DNA of 64,000 nt from Saprospira grandis (lineage in GTDB: Bacteria > Bacteroidota > Bacteroidia > Chitinophagales > Saprospiraceae), in NCBI RefSeq assembly GCF_027594745.1, contig NZ_CP110854.1, forward strand, positions 1,180,241-1,244,240. Direction: 5' to 3'. The notes below the pieces were generated by a model that did not search any database, was not told the origin of the DNA, and was given only the letters and a program-made list of their open reading frames with translations. A program made the position numbers and the translations under genes. Shown piece by piece: positions 9,439 to 19,500 of the stretch (position 1 is its first letter; each line of letters begins with the position of its first letter).

Positions 9439-12400
9439 TTATTTCTGCAAAATAATGCGTTCGGTCAATACTTGTTCACCGATGATGATGCGAGCGAGAT
9501 AAACGCCAGCGCTATAATCGGCTAGGTTAATTTGGTAGTTAAGGTTGCGGCCCAATTGGCTGGGGAAGCGTTGAACTTCTTGGCCATTGAGGTTATAGAT
9601 CGTCAATTGTACTTCCTCCTCCTTGGCTAGTTCAATTTGCAGCTGAGCGACATCTTGAGTAGGATTGGGGAAGAGATTCAATTGATTGAGGCCTTCAACG
9701 CCACTGATGTTAGTGGGTTGAGTGTAAGCCACTGTGATCGTTTGGCTAGTAGAGCAACCTACTTGATCGTAGACCGTCACTTCATATTGGCCAGAAACGA
9801 GGTTATTGATGCTAGCGGTAGTATCGCCAGTATTCCAAACGATGTAGTAAGGACCAACACCGCCAGATACAGAAACATCGATAGATCCGGCGAAGTCGCT
9901 GCTTTCGTTCACTACATTATCCACATTGATGGTCAAAGCGGGGTTAGCGCTAATGGTATAGCTTTCGTTGTAGGTACAGCCAGAAGCGTCGGTTACCGTT
10001 ACGCTATAAGTTTCGCCATCGAGGACGTTGCTTAGTGCGGCAGTTGTTGCGCCATTGCTCCAGTTGTAGGTATAGGGAGCGGTACCGCCTTGTACGCCTA
10101 CTTGGAGTGTACCTGCATTGCCACAATCTACGCCACTAGCCATAAAGCTAAAGTTGAGTGGGGCGGGACCATTAACGGGGTATGTTTCGTTAAACTCACA
10201 GCCATTATCGTCGGTAATAGTTACGGTATAAGTTCCAACATCTAGTCCAGTGATATCTTCAGTAGTAGCGCCGGTGGTCCAATTGAAAGAGAAAGGAGCC
10301 GTACCGCCAGCCAAAGTAATATCAACAGCACCGTTGCCATCGCGTCCGCAGTTCAGCGTACTCAACTGAGCGCTAACTGTGGGGCCAGTAAAGAAAGAGA
10401 TCTGGATAGAGTCGGTAAGTAGACAGCCATTAGCGTCAGTCATTGTGACTGCATATTGGCCCTCCATATTAGCGACAATACCGGGAGTAGTTTCTCCAGT
10501 GCTCCAGAGATAGCCTTGAGCGCCTGGGGCGGCAGCAAGGCCGATAGGGTTACTTTCACAGATGGTTGCATCGGGGCCAAGGTCTAGGTTGGCTGTTGCC
10601 ACCACAGTAGCGGTAACGGGGGTACGCGTTGTACCGCCAGCACAAGAAGTAATTTCTGCGTAGTAAGTAGTAGATACTTGGAGCGCAGGAGTAGTAAATA
10701 CGGGATCGGTAGACAAGAGCGTACCGCCAGTAGCTTGGTCGTACCAGCTAATTCCGCCAGCGGGCATAGAGGTCAAGCTAGCGCTATTTCCGACACAAGT
10801 CGTATCGCCCATGAAAGTGGGGTTAGGATTAGCGATGCTCACACAAACGTTAGCGGTATCATTGCTTGCGTTGCCATCGGCGGCAAGTTGTGTAATAATT
10901 TCGAAGCAGTAATTTCCACCACCAGTAGTATTAAAAGTACCTACAGTGAGAGTATCTTGAGCGGCAGAAGCTAGAGGACCAGCATAGGTAGCGCTAAAGG
11001 TTTGCGTACCATTGGGGCCGTTCAAGTTTACGGTTACAGGAACATTGCTAATGCTATTGCTACCATTATTAGAAAGCGTAATGACCAAAACTTCATTGGC
11101 ATTTTCGCAGGTACCTACGCTAGGTGCATCAACACCAACTGCTACGGCATCATCGGTAAAGATAGTAATTTCATCGGCTCCGATATCGGGTAGTGTAGTA
11201 CTAGCAGAGGGGCGGGTTTCGCCATCGATATCTGTAGCTACGCCTACAAGGGCGCCAGCGGCATTGAGTTGGATATTTTGAACGTGTAGGTCCGTGTAGT
11301 TGGCTACAAACTGAGGATCGATATCCAAAGAGTTAGCATCATAGCCATAGGGGCCAGAAGCCTGCCAAGTAGCCAAATCATAGGTTGTTGTCCCATAATC
11401 GATATGGTTCGTTCCGCTTGCCTTATAGAATACGTTATTATCCATAGCGGCCAAAGGCAAAGCATCGGCAGATTCAAAGGCGTAGGCAGAAGCATTATCG
11501 GCCACAAAGATATTATTGCGAATATCTAGGTCGGTGGGGTCATTCATATAGAGACCAGAAGCCAGTGTACTACCAGAACCGACTAGTGTATTGTGCCAGA
11601 TATCTACAGATTGGATATCATCCATGTAGAGGGCATCATCACTCTTAGAGAAGACCATATTGTTAATAATCTGTCCACGGCGAGTAATTGCGCCATCAAA
11701 GTTACCATCAGAGATATAGATACCATAATCTTCTGTCACCACACGGTTGTAGTTGATCGTAAAGTCCATGATATCGAAGCAATAGATTGCATCACTGAAG
11801 GTAGAGCCTACAGTTGTTTCAATCGTATTATAGTTAATCTCTAGAGAGTCTTGATCATCGATATAGATACCATAGTCATCAAAGTCCATGATTGTGTTAT
11901 TGATGATGCGGTTATACTTGTTACGAGCAGCGCTAGCGCCTTCGATATGGATTCCCATTTCTCCACCCGTGATATAGTTGTTCTCGATGAGGGTATAATT
12001 GGCGTTATTGCCTTCTGAGTAGTCATCGGTAAGGCTAGCCGAAATCACTAGAGGAATCACATCAAAAACAGAGGTTTGGAAAGTAGCGCTAATGCGGTTA
12101 TTTCTGATGCGGTTATGGTCTGCGCCATTAGTCAATTGTACCCCCCAGCCATCGCCGCCAGAAACGGCAGTAGTAGCGATACTGAAGTTTTGTACGGTTA
12201 CATAATCGGCTCCATCCAATAGTACAGTGGCATATTGGCTATTAGAAGCGTCATGAGTAAGGAAAGTAGTTGCGGTATCGCCACCATCAAAAGTGATGGT
12301 ATTGCTCATGCTAGCGCCAGAGATTTCTCCGATAAGCGCCAATTGTTGTCCGCTATAAGTACCTGCGGCCACTTGGAAAGTGACTGCACCAGCTACACCA

Positions 12401-15096
12401 CATTGGTAGAGGCGAGCTACAGCATCTGTAATAGCGGGAAAATCAGAAGTGGGCGTACCTACAGTATAAGTACCCACTAGGCCTTGGCAAAGCTCGGCAT
12501 AGAGCGTATCATTGCTCATGCGGTCATCGGTTTGGCCGTTGGGCATGTTGGTCCAGAAGACAAAGTCTACATTTTGGCCCGCGGGGAAGTTAATGCTACT
12601 TAGGGTAACATCTACTTCTTGTTGGGGAGCAAGAGGAGCTCCAGTATAGCCAATTGTTCCTTGAGGCGTTCCGTTGTAGGTCCAATCGATATTGAAAGAG
12701 GTCAAATCTTGTACACCAAAGTTACGCACACGTACGGTTACGGCTTGGAAGCCTGCAGTTAGTGGAGAAACGGGATTGACCAAAGCGATCACACCAGCAT
12801 CATTATCTTTGGGGCGGAACTCATCTGCTCCAATATCTACGGTAGTGGCGCCAGTAAATGGACGGCTTTCGCCATCAATATCTACAGTAACGCCAACAGT
12901 ATTATCTCCAGCATCATTAGCAAAAGCACCATCTACGTGTAGGTCCATAGGGCCTATGAAAACGGGATCAGCTTCTACAGAGTTAGTACCATGGCCAAAA
13001 GTGTTGCTATTTTGCCAAGTCGCTACATCAACATAGTTAGAGGTACCAAACTGAATAAAGTTAGTTCCGGGGTTGAAGCGGAAAAACAGGTTATGGTCCA
13101 TATCAGTTAGGGCCAAGGCATCGGCATGGCGGAAAGTATAGCCAAAGTCTGAGGTAAAGATATTGTTTACTGCAGAAACATCAATCAAGTCATTGCCATA
13201 GAAAGATGCGCTGGTAGTACTTGTATTTTTGTTCCAGGTGCTGTTATGGAAAACATCCGTTTCGTTCACATCATCTAGATAAATACAATAGAACCCTTCA
13301 GCGATAGACATATTGTTGATCACCTCTCCACGACGGCTAGGGGTCGCATCAAAGTTTCCATCAGAAATATAGATGCCATAATCTTGTGCATAAACATTAT
13401 TGCTATTGATACGGAAGTTCATCAAGTCAAGGCAATAGATGGCATCAGAGAAGGTAGAGCGAAGATCATTCACAGTGTTTCCGATGATCTCGACAGAATC
13501 TTGATCATCCATATAGAAACCATAATCATCTACGCCAGTGATTGTATTATTGATAAAGCGGTTGCCTACATTGCGGTTAGCGCTAGCGCCCTCAAAGCGG
13601 ACGGCATAGTCTCCTCCTGTAATGTAGTTGCCTTGGATCAGGTTATAGTTGGCATTGTCGCCTTCGCTAAAGGTGCTAGTATAACTAGCAGAAGCAAGAA
13701 TAGCTACAGCATCAACGATACCTGACTGATAAGGCATTGTAATTTGGTTATTGAGGATTTGGTTATTATTGGCCGAGTTGGTCAAGAATACTCCCCAAAT
13801 ATCAGTAGTTCCTGTACTTTGGATACCTAGGTTTTGGATACGCACCCATTCTACGCCATCTAGAGCTACAGTAGCATTGCCGTTGGCCCCAGAACCATCA
13901 TGCGTTACAATAGTATTAGCGGCATTTCCACCATCAAAGGTTACCGTATTTACTGCAGAGGCCCCTGTGATAGGACCAACTAGGGCAATATTTTCGGTAT
14001 AAGTGCCAGGCTGAATATTAAAAGTAACTGGACCACTAATTCCGCAGCTATACAAAGCGGCAACAGCATCTCCAATAGTAGCAAAGTCGGCAGTTGCGCC
14101 CCCTACCGTATAAGCCCCATTAAGGCTGGTACAGAAGAAAGCAGTCAAAGTATCATTGCCAGGAAAGTTATCTGCATTACCGTTGGGCAAAGAGGTCCAA
14201 GCTCTGATTGTCGTCAAACCATTAGCAAAGTTATAGTTTCCTAGGTTTACAGTTACGCTAGCCTGAGGAGCCACCAAGGTGCTATAATTGACCTGCGTTT
14301 GCATGACCCCATTCATTTCCCAGTCAATATTTACTGAGTTAAGGGCATTGGTGCCAAAGTTGGTTAGGGTTACATCTACGGCTTGGTTACCTGCTGTACC
14401 GGGTACAGTGGGCGCCACCAAAGCGCTAATTCCAGCATTATCGGGAACGGGAGGCGTACCTGTAATGCTAAAATCATCTAGGGTAAATCCATCAGAAACG
14501 GTAATGCTGGTGGCTTGAAAATCATCAGACCAACCAAAACGCACCTGAAAAGTACTACTGACCAACTGGCTATTGGCTGCTAGAGTAGCATCAATATCAA
14601 TACCCGTTTCATTAAAATAAACACCATTGGTTGTGTTTCCAGACCAATCTAGGACCTCAATCCAAGCATCGGTATTACTTCCACGGATCCAAACCCGGTC
14701 CTGAGTATGAACTTCATCCCCATGCTCCATCCACCAAAAGCTAAGCTCTAGGTCATTAGAACCTAAATAAGCACTAAGGTCTCCGGTAAAAGTCAAATAA
14801 GAAATCCCCAAAGTACCGCTCACTTCTGCATCTAGGGTCATGGCGCGGTTACCGCCATGATAAAAACCTGCTCCAGCATCAGTACGAAGACGACAGTTCG
14901 TGGTATTTTCTTCAAAATCCCATTGGTAGCCTGTGCCGTTAAGGCCAGGAATAGGGTTGGTAGTGGCTACATAAGTGCCGGCTGTGGCCCCCTCAAAGTC
15001 CTCATTATAAGGAAGGGTTAGCTGGGCCTGCAAGGAGGTCCAACTCGCCAAAAGCAGCGCTACACAATAGCCTAATTGTGTTAACGTTTTTCGCAT
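9439..15096 (-). CDS. Giant secreted T9SS cargo protein with tandem right-handed beta-helix modules and SprB repeats
   Basis: Signal peptide MRKTLTQLGYCVALLLASWTSLQAQ. Two near-identical beta-helix modules (YNLIQGNYITGGDYAVRFEGASANRN... and YTLIENNYITGGEMGIHIEGASAARN...). SprB-type repeats (e.g. GAVDITLAGGTAPFSFNWTTGATTEDITGLDVGTYTVTITDDNGC). C-terminal LFPNPTQDVAQLQIEL...VYLARII T9SS sorting domain. Confidence 0.8.
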   Translation of the reverse strand: MRKTLTQLGYCVALLLASWTSLQAQLTLPYNEDFEGATAGTYVATTNPIPGLNGTGYQWDFEENTTNCRLRTDAGAGFYHGGNRAMTLDAEVSGTLGISYLTFTGDLSAYLGSNDLELSFWWMEHGDEVHTQDRVWIRGSNTDAWIEVLDWSGNTTNGVYFNETGIDIDATLAANSQLVSSTFQVRFGWSDDFQATSITVSDGFTLDDFSITGTPPVPDNAGISALVAPTVPGTAGNQAVDVTLTNFGTNALNSVNIDWEMNGVMQTQVNYSTLVAPQASVTVNLGNYNFANGLTTIRAWTSLPNGNADNFPGNDTLTAFFCTSLNGAYTVGGATADFATIGDAVAALYSCGISGPVTFNIQPGTYTENIALVGPITGASAVNTVTFDGGNAANTIVTHDGSGANGNATVALDGVEWVRIQNLGIQSTGTTDIWGVFLTNSANNNQILNNQITMPYQSGIVDAVAILASASYTSTFSEGDNANYNLIQGNYITGGDYAVRFEGASANRNVGNRFINNTITGVDDYGFYMDDQDSVEIIGNTVNDLRSTFSDAIYCLDLMNFRINSNNVYAQDYGIYISDGNFDATPSRRGEVINNMSIAEGFYCIYLDDVNETDVFHNSTWNKNTSTTSASFYGNDLIDVSAVNNIFTSDFGYTFRHADALALTDMDHNLFFRFNPGTNFIQFGTSNYVDVATWQNSNTFGHGTNSVEADPVFIGPMDLHVDGAFANDAGDNTVGVTVDIDGESRPFTGATTVDIGADEFRPKDNDAGVIALVNPVSPLTAGFQAVTVRVRNFGVQDLTSFNIDWTYNGTPQGTIGYTGAPLAPQQEVDVTLSSINFPAGQNVDFVFWTNMPNGQTDDRMSNDTLYAELCQGLVGTYTVGTPTSDFPAITDAVARLYQCGVAGAVTFQVAAGTYSGQQLALIGEISGASMSNTITFDGGDTATTFLTHDASNSQYATVLLDGADYVTVQNFSIATTAVSGGDGWGVQLTNGADHNRIRNNRISATFQTSVFDVIPLVISASLTDDYSEGNNANYTLIENNYITGGEMGIHIEGASAARNKYNRIINNTIMDFDDYGIYIDDQDSLEINYNTIETTVGSTFSDAIYCFDIMDFTINYNRVVTEDYGIYISDGNFDGAITRRGQIINNMVFSKSDDALYMDDIQSVDIWHNTLVGSGSTLASGLYMNDPTDLDIRNNIFVADNASAYAFESADALPLAAMDNNVFYKASGTNHIDYGTTTYDLATWQASGPYGYDANSLDIDPQFVANYTDLHVQNIQLNAAGALVGVATDIDGETRPSASTTLPDIGADEITIFTDDAVAVGVDAPSVGTCENANEVLVITLSNNGSNSISNVPVTVNLNGPNGTQTFSATYAGPLASAAQDTLTVGTFNTTGGGNYCFEIITQLAADGNASNDTANVCVSIANPNPTFMGDTTCVGNSASLTSMPAGGISWYDQATGGTLLSTDPVFTTPALQVSTTYYAEITSCAGGTTRTPVTATVVATANLDLGPDATICESNPIGLAAAPGAQGYLWSTGETTPGIVANMEGQYAVTMTDANGCLLTDSIQISFFTGPTVSAQLSTLNCGRDGNGAVDITLAGGTAPFSFNWTTGATTEDITGLDVGTYTVTITDDNGCEFNETYPVNGPAPLNFSFMASGVDCGNAGTLQVGVQGGTAPYTYNWSNGATTAALSNVLDGETYSVTVTDASGCTYNESYTISANPALTINVDNVVNESSDFAGSIDVSVSGGVGPYYIVWNTGDTTASINNLVSGQYEVTVYDQVGCSTSQTITVAYTQPTNISGVEGLNQLNLFPNPTQDVAQLQIELAKEEEVQLTIYNLNGQEVQRFPSQLGRNLNYQINLADYSAGVYLARIIIGEQVLTERIILQK

Positions 15097-15217
15097 CGTT
15101 TAAAATTAAATTTGATGAAGAGTTAATAAATTTGTGAAATCTTCCTAGGTAAAGTTAAGGATTTTTAAATGGAAAACAAACCCTCTTCCCTCCCCTATCT
15201 ACTCCCTAAAATTAGAT

Positions 15218-15371
15218 CTGCAACTAGAGGAGCGTAGCGACTGGCTGAGGGATGGATAGCAGGGCCGCCAAAGGCGGCAGACCAAGGAGCCAAAGGCGAC
15301 GCAGGGCCGAGCAAACCTGCGAGCTGCGACAGAGCCCGACCCGACCGCAAGGGAGGGGCAGCCCCAAAAAA
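15218..15371 (-). repeat. GC-rich interspersed repeat, copy 5 (reverse)
   Basis: ...GGGCCGAGCAAACCTGCGAGCTGCGACAGAGCCCGACCCGACC...GGCAGCCCCAAAAAA. Confidence 0.8.
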
Positions 15372-15474
15372 CAACCCTAATCTTTCAGAAAAACCGACTT
15401 CCCACAAAAAAGCAATAAAAAACAAACCGAAAAGCTTAGATATTGTTAGCTTAACAGCTACAATTTTAAATCTT

Positions 15475-16875
15475 ATGGATATGTCTGTTTTGCCCAAAAA
15501 AGCCAAAAGAGTTATTGCTTGGTTTCGCCTAGATTTGCGACTACACGATAATGAAATGCTCACCGAAGCGATTAAGGCCGGTGAAGAGGTCTACCCCGTC
15601 TATGTCTTTGATGAGCGGACCTTTGGCGGCAAGACGGAGTCTGGCTTTGCCAAAACTGGCCCCAGAAGATGCCAGTTTATTATTGAGGCGGTGGCCGACC
15701 TGAAGCAACAACTACAGGCCCTTGGCATCGACCTCCTTATCAGAAGAGGAAAGGCCGAGGAGGAGGTCTTTAAGCTGGCCCAAGAACTCAAAACGGGCTG
15801 GGTGTTTTGCAACCGAGAAAAAACTTATGAGGAGGAACTTCAGCAAAATCGCCTAGAAGAAAAGCTTTGGTCTATTGGCCAAGAAATTCGCTTTTTTAGA
15901 GGCAAAATGCTCTACTATACCCAAGACCTCCCCTTCCCTATTGCCCATACCCCCGATATTTTTACGCAGTTTCGCAAGGAGGTGGAAAAACTAACGCCGG
16001 TCCGCGCCCCCCTGCCCAAACCCAAGGCTTTTAACCCTTGGAGCCACCGTTTGCCCCTAGGCGATTTGCCCCAATTGAGCAATTTTGGCTGGGAAATGCC
16101 GCCCCAAGATGATCGGACCGTCCTGCAGTTTAAAGGCGGAGAAACAGAGGGCCTCAAACGCCTACACTATTATCTCTGGGATTCGGATTGTATTGCTAGT
16201 TATAAGGAAACGAGAAACGGCCTGCTGGGCGCCGATTATTCCTCTAAGTTTTCGCCCTGGCTGGCCCAAGGCTGCCTTTCGCCCAAACAGATTTATGCCG
16301 AAATTAAACGCTACGAAAAAGAAAGAACAAAGAATAAATCGACTTATTGGCTCTATTTTGAACTGCTCTGGCGCGACTTTTTCCGCCTGATGGGCAAAAA
16401 ATATGGCCCGCAGATTTTCTTGCCCACCGGCCTACGGGGCAAAAAGAAAAAAAAGCTCTCTAATAATATACAAGCCTTTGAAAGTTGGGTGCTGGGCAAA
16501 ACCGGACAGCCCTTTATCGACGCCAATATGCGAGAACTGGCCCAAACGGGCTTTATGTCGAACCGAGGCCGCCAAAATGTGGCCAGCTACCTCATCAACG
16601 ACCTAAAAGTGAATTGGCAACTGGGCGCAGAATACTTTGAATCGGTCCTGATTGATTATGATGTGACCAGCAATTGGGTCAATTGGCTCTATATCGCTGG
16701 CGTGGGCAATGACCCCCGAGAAGATCGCTATTTCAACCCCATCAGCCAAAGTAAACGCTATGATCCCGATGGCGAATATATTAGGTTCTGGCTGCCCGAA
16801 TTAGCCGCCCTCGATAGCCGAGAAATTCATAAGGCCGATAGCCGAGAGTTTAGCCGAAAAAAACATCAACCCTAA
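15475..16875 (+). CDS. Cryptochrome DASH / deoxyribodipyrimidine photolyase family protein
   Basis: WFRLDLRLHDNEMLTEA N-terminal photolyase motif. C-terminal FAD-binding region WQLGAEYFESVLIDYDVTSNWVNWLYIAGVGND is diagnostic of the photolyase/cryptochrome family. Confidence 0.85.
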   Translation: MDMSVLPKKAKRVIAWFRLDLRLHDNEMLTEAIKAGEEVYPVYVFDERTFGGKTESGFAKTGPRRCQFIIEAVADLKQQLQALGIDLLIRRGKAEEEVFKLAQELKTGWVFCNREKTYEEELQQNRLEEKLWSIGQEIRFFRGKMLYYTQDLPFPIAHTPDIFTQFRKEVEKLTPVRAPLPKPKAFNPWSHRLPLGDLPQLSNFGWEMPPQDDRTVLQFKGGETEGLKRLHYYLWDSDCIASYKETRNGLLGADYSSKFSPWLAQGCLSPKQIYAEIKRYEKERTKNKSTYWLYFELLWRDFFRLMGKKYGPQIFLPTGLRGKKKKKLSNNIQAFESWVLGKTGQPFIDANMRELAQTGFMSNRGRQNVASYLINDLKVNWQLGAEYFESVLIDYDVTSNWVNWLYIAGVGNDPREDRYFNPISQSKRYDPDGEYIRFWLPELAALDSREIHKADSREFSRKKHQP

Positions 16876-16905
16876 TGATTAGAGGTCCATTTTTGGACCT
16901 TTTTT

Positions 16906-17042
16906 CTTTTTTTGGGACTGGTTGTCGCTGCGCTCGGGTCGGGGCTCGCAGGTCTGCTCGGCCCTGCGCGGGCTTTGCCCGCTGGGTCTGCGGCTTCGCC
17001 GCCCCCCTTTCCATCCCTCAGCCGAGGCGCTGCGCGCCTCTC
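16906..17042 (+). repeat. GC-rich interspersed repeat, copy 6 (forward)
   Basis: TTTTTTTGGGACTGGTTGTCGCTGCGCTCGGGTCGGGGCTCGCAGGTCTGCTCGGCCCTGCG...; tail identical to copy 3. Confidence 0.8.
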
Positions 17043-17243
17043 GCCCAAGCTTAGTCATTAAGAAGAAATTAAAAGCGAAAAATAGGCTTAAACTCCTTTC
17101 AAAACGATTTAATTTTGGCCCAAGTTAGTAGAGCCTAAAAAAATGCCTATTTTAGGGCCCTTAAACACTAGAAAAATAAAGGTGGCCCAGGCTACCCTAT
17201 ATAATTAACATCCAAACCCTTAAGGGGTCAAAAAATAATACAG

Positions 17244-18239
17244 ATGCAATCTTCGGCAGATATTCAAGCCCTGAACGAACGCATTTATGCAGAAAGCCAA
17301 GTCATCGAGCGCCTATTGGCCGAAACCTCTAAGGTGATTATTGGCCAAGAATACATGATTGAGCGCCTGCTAATGGGCCTGCTGACCAAAGGACACGTTC
17401 TGCTGGAAGGCTTGCCCGGTTTGGCCAAAACCCTAGCCATCAATACCCTATCTAAGGCTATTGATGCAGAGTTTAAACGGATTCAATTTACCCCCGATTT
17501 GCTGCCCGCAGATATTTTGGGGACCATGATTTATAATCCCGCCAACAACAGCTTTTCGGTCCGTAAAGGCCCCATTTTCGCCAACTTTATTCTTGCAGAT
17601 GAGATTAACCGTGCCCCCGCCAAGGTGCAATCGGCCCTGCTAGAGGCCATGCAAGAGCGACAGGTCACTATTGGCGAAAAAACCTATAAATTGCAAGAGC
17701 CCTTTTTGGTCCTCGCTACCCAAAACCCCATCGAGCAAGAAGGAACTTACCCCTTGCCCGAGGCCCAAACTGACCGCTTTATGCTCAAAGCCAAAATTGG
17801 CTATCCCAAAAAGAGCGAAGAACGCCAAATTATCCGCCTAAATATGAGCGGAGAGTTTAGCCAGGTCCAAAAAGTAGCCAGTGTAGAGGATATTTTGCGC
17901 GCCCGCAAAACGGTCCGAGATGTTTATATGGATGACCGCATCGAGCAGTATATTTTGGACCTCGTTTTTGCTAGCCGCTTTCCCAAAGAACACGGCCTCG
18001 CCCAACTGGAAGATCTCATTACTTATGGAGGCTCGCCTCGGGCAAGTATCAACTTGGCCCTAGCCGCAAAAGCCCATGCCTATATGCGCCGCCGAGGCTA
18101 TGTGATTCCAGAAGATGTGCAAGCTATCGCCCCCGATGTGCTCCGCCACCGTATTGGCCTAAGCTATGAGGCCCAAGCCGAAAATATTAGTCAAGAAGAT
18201 ATTATTGAGCAATTGCTCAATAGCGTAAAGGTCCCCTAA
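17244..18239 (+). CDS. moxR: MoxR-family AAA+ ATPase (first gene of the Bat aerotolerance operon)
   Basis: LLEGLPGLAKT Walker A and ILADEINRAPAKVQSALLEAMQERQVTI MoxR signature. Confidence 0.9.
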   Translation: MQSSADIQALNERIYAESQVIERLLAETSKVIIGQEYMIERLLMGLLTKGHVLLEGLPGLAKTLAINTLSKAIDAEFKRIQFTPDLLPADILGTMIYNPANNSFSVRKGPIFANFILADEINRAPAKVQSALLEAMQERQVTIGEKTYKLQEPFLVLATQNPIEQEGTYPLPEAQTDRFMLKAKIGYPKKSEERQIIRLNMSGEFSQVQKVASVEDILRARKTVRDVYMDDRIEQYILDLVFASRFPKEHGLAQLEDLITYGGSPRASINLALAAKAHAYMRRRGYVIPEDVQAIAPDVLRHRIGLSYEAQAENISQEDIIEQLLNSVKVP

Positions 18240-18241
18240 AG

Positions 18242-19120
18242 ATGAGCCAGCAAGTTCGAGATTTAATCAAGAAAGTGCGCAAAATCGAGTTAAGGACCAG
18301 AGGCCTCTCTGCCATGGCCTTTTCGGGCAGTTACAAAACCCATTTTAAGGGTAGAGGAATGTCCTTTAGCGAGCTGCGCAGCTACCAATATGGAGACGAT
18401 ATCCGAAACATTGATTGGAATGTAACGGCCCGCACAGGTACGCCCTATATTAAGGTCTTTGAGGAGGAACGAGAGCAGAATTTCATGCTTTTGGTCGATG
18501 TCAGTGCCTCCACCAATTTTGGTAGCCATGATGTCAATAAACGAGAGTTTATGGCCGAGCTGGGCGCCACTTTGGCCCTGGCCGCTATTCGCAATAACGA
18601 TAAGGTGGGCGTCATCTTTTTTTCAGATAAAATTGAGCAGTATTTGCCGCCAAAAAAGGGGCGAAACCATGGTTTGCGGATTATTCGGGAGCTGCTCCAA
18701 TGCCAGTCAGAAAGTCCGCATACAGACATAGACCAAGCCCTGCGCTACCTGACGGGCCTGATTCGCAAACGCTGCACCGCTTTTCTTTTATCCGATTTTT
18801 TGGACCCCAATTATGGCCGCTATCTCAAGGTGGCCGCTAGCCGCCATGATCTGGTCGGCCTACAGGTCTATGACCCCCGAGAGGTAGAATTGCCCAATTT
18901 GGGCCTTTTGCCTATCCGCGATGCCGAAACCGGCAGTTGGCGTTGGATAGACAGCGCTTCTGCTAGCGTTCGTCAGGCCTATAAAGCTCGTTTTGAGCAA
19001 CAAACCGCCAGCTTTAAGGAGCAATTTGGAAAACTAGGGCTCGACTCCTTGAGTTTGTGCAGCGACCAGCCTTTTGTGGGCGCTTTGCGGCAGTTTTTCC
19101 AAGAACGTCCGGCCTTATAA
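18242..19120 (+). CDS. DUF58 domain protein (MoxR partner)
   Basis: DIRNIDWNVTARTG motif typical of DUF58. Start is 3 bp after the moxR stop. Confidence 0.85.
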   Translation: MSQQVRDLIKKVRKIELRTRGLSAMAFSGSYKTHFKGRGMSFSELRSYQYGDDIRNIDWNVTARTGTPYIKVFEEEREQNFMLLVDVSASTNFGSHDVNKREFMAELGATLALAAIRNNDKVGVIFFSDKIEQYLPPKKGRNHGLRIIRELLQCQSESPHTDIDQALRYLTGLIRKRCTAFLLSDFLDPNYGRYLKVAASRHDLVGLQVYDPREVELPNLGLLPIRDAETGSWRWIDSASASVRQAYKARFEQQTASFKEQFGKLGLDSLSLCSDQPFVGALRQFFQERPAL

Positions 19121-19202
19121 ATGATTTGAAACTACCATGATGCACCGCCTCCTTTTGTGGATTCCTTATATATTTTATTGTTTTTATTCTATGCTAAGTA
19201 GG

Positions 19203-19330
19203 ATTTGGGGCCTCCTGCCTTCGGCAGGCGCTATGTTCGGCAGCTCGCAAGTCTGCTCGGCCCTGCGGCCCTACGGGCCTGGGTCTGCGGCTGCGCCGCA
19301 CTGCCTACCAGCGCTAGGCCCTGCCCGCCC
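19203..19330 (+). repeat. GC-rich interspersed repeat, copy 7a (forward)
   Basis: TTGGGGCCTCCTGCCTTCGGCAGGCGCTATGTTCGGCAGCTCGCAAGTCTGCTCGGCCCTGCGGCC... Confidence 0.8.
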
Positions 19331-19500
19331 TCGGCCCAATAGCGTCCTACAGGCGGCGATAGCCGCCGCAGGCCTAGGGATGGAAAGCGGTGGCCGGAGG
19401 CCAGACCGAGGCGGCTTCGCCGCCGAAGGGCCGAGCGAAAAGCGAGCCGCGACACAGCCCGCCGCCAAGGCCGCAGGCCTGCAGCGGAGGCCCCAACTCC
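19331..19500 (-). repeat. GC-rich interspersed repeat, copy 7b (reverse), head-to-head with 7a
   Basis: ...GGCCGGAGGCCAGACCGAGGCGGCTTCGCCGCCGAAGGGCCGAGCGAAAAGCGAGCCGCGACAC...GGAGGCCCCAA. Confidence 0.8.

Noticed and set aside
9637-14518. Antisense ORFs inside the 1885-aa gene (e.g. 9637..10035, 10678..10974, 13384..13725) and inside other large genes (e.g. 32738..33190, 934..1116)
   Set aside because: Embedded opposite-strand ORFs in long confidently assigned genes; low-complexity translations; no independent support.
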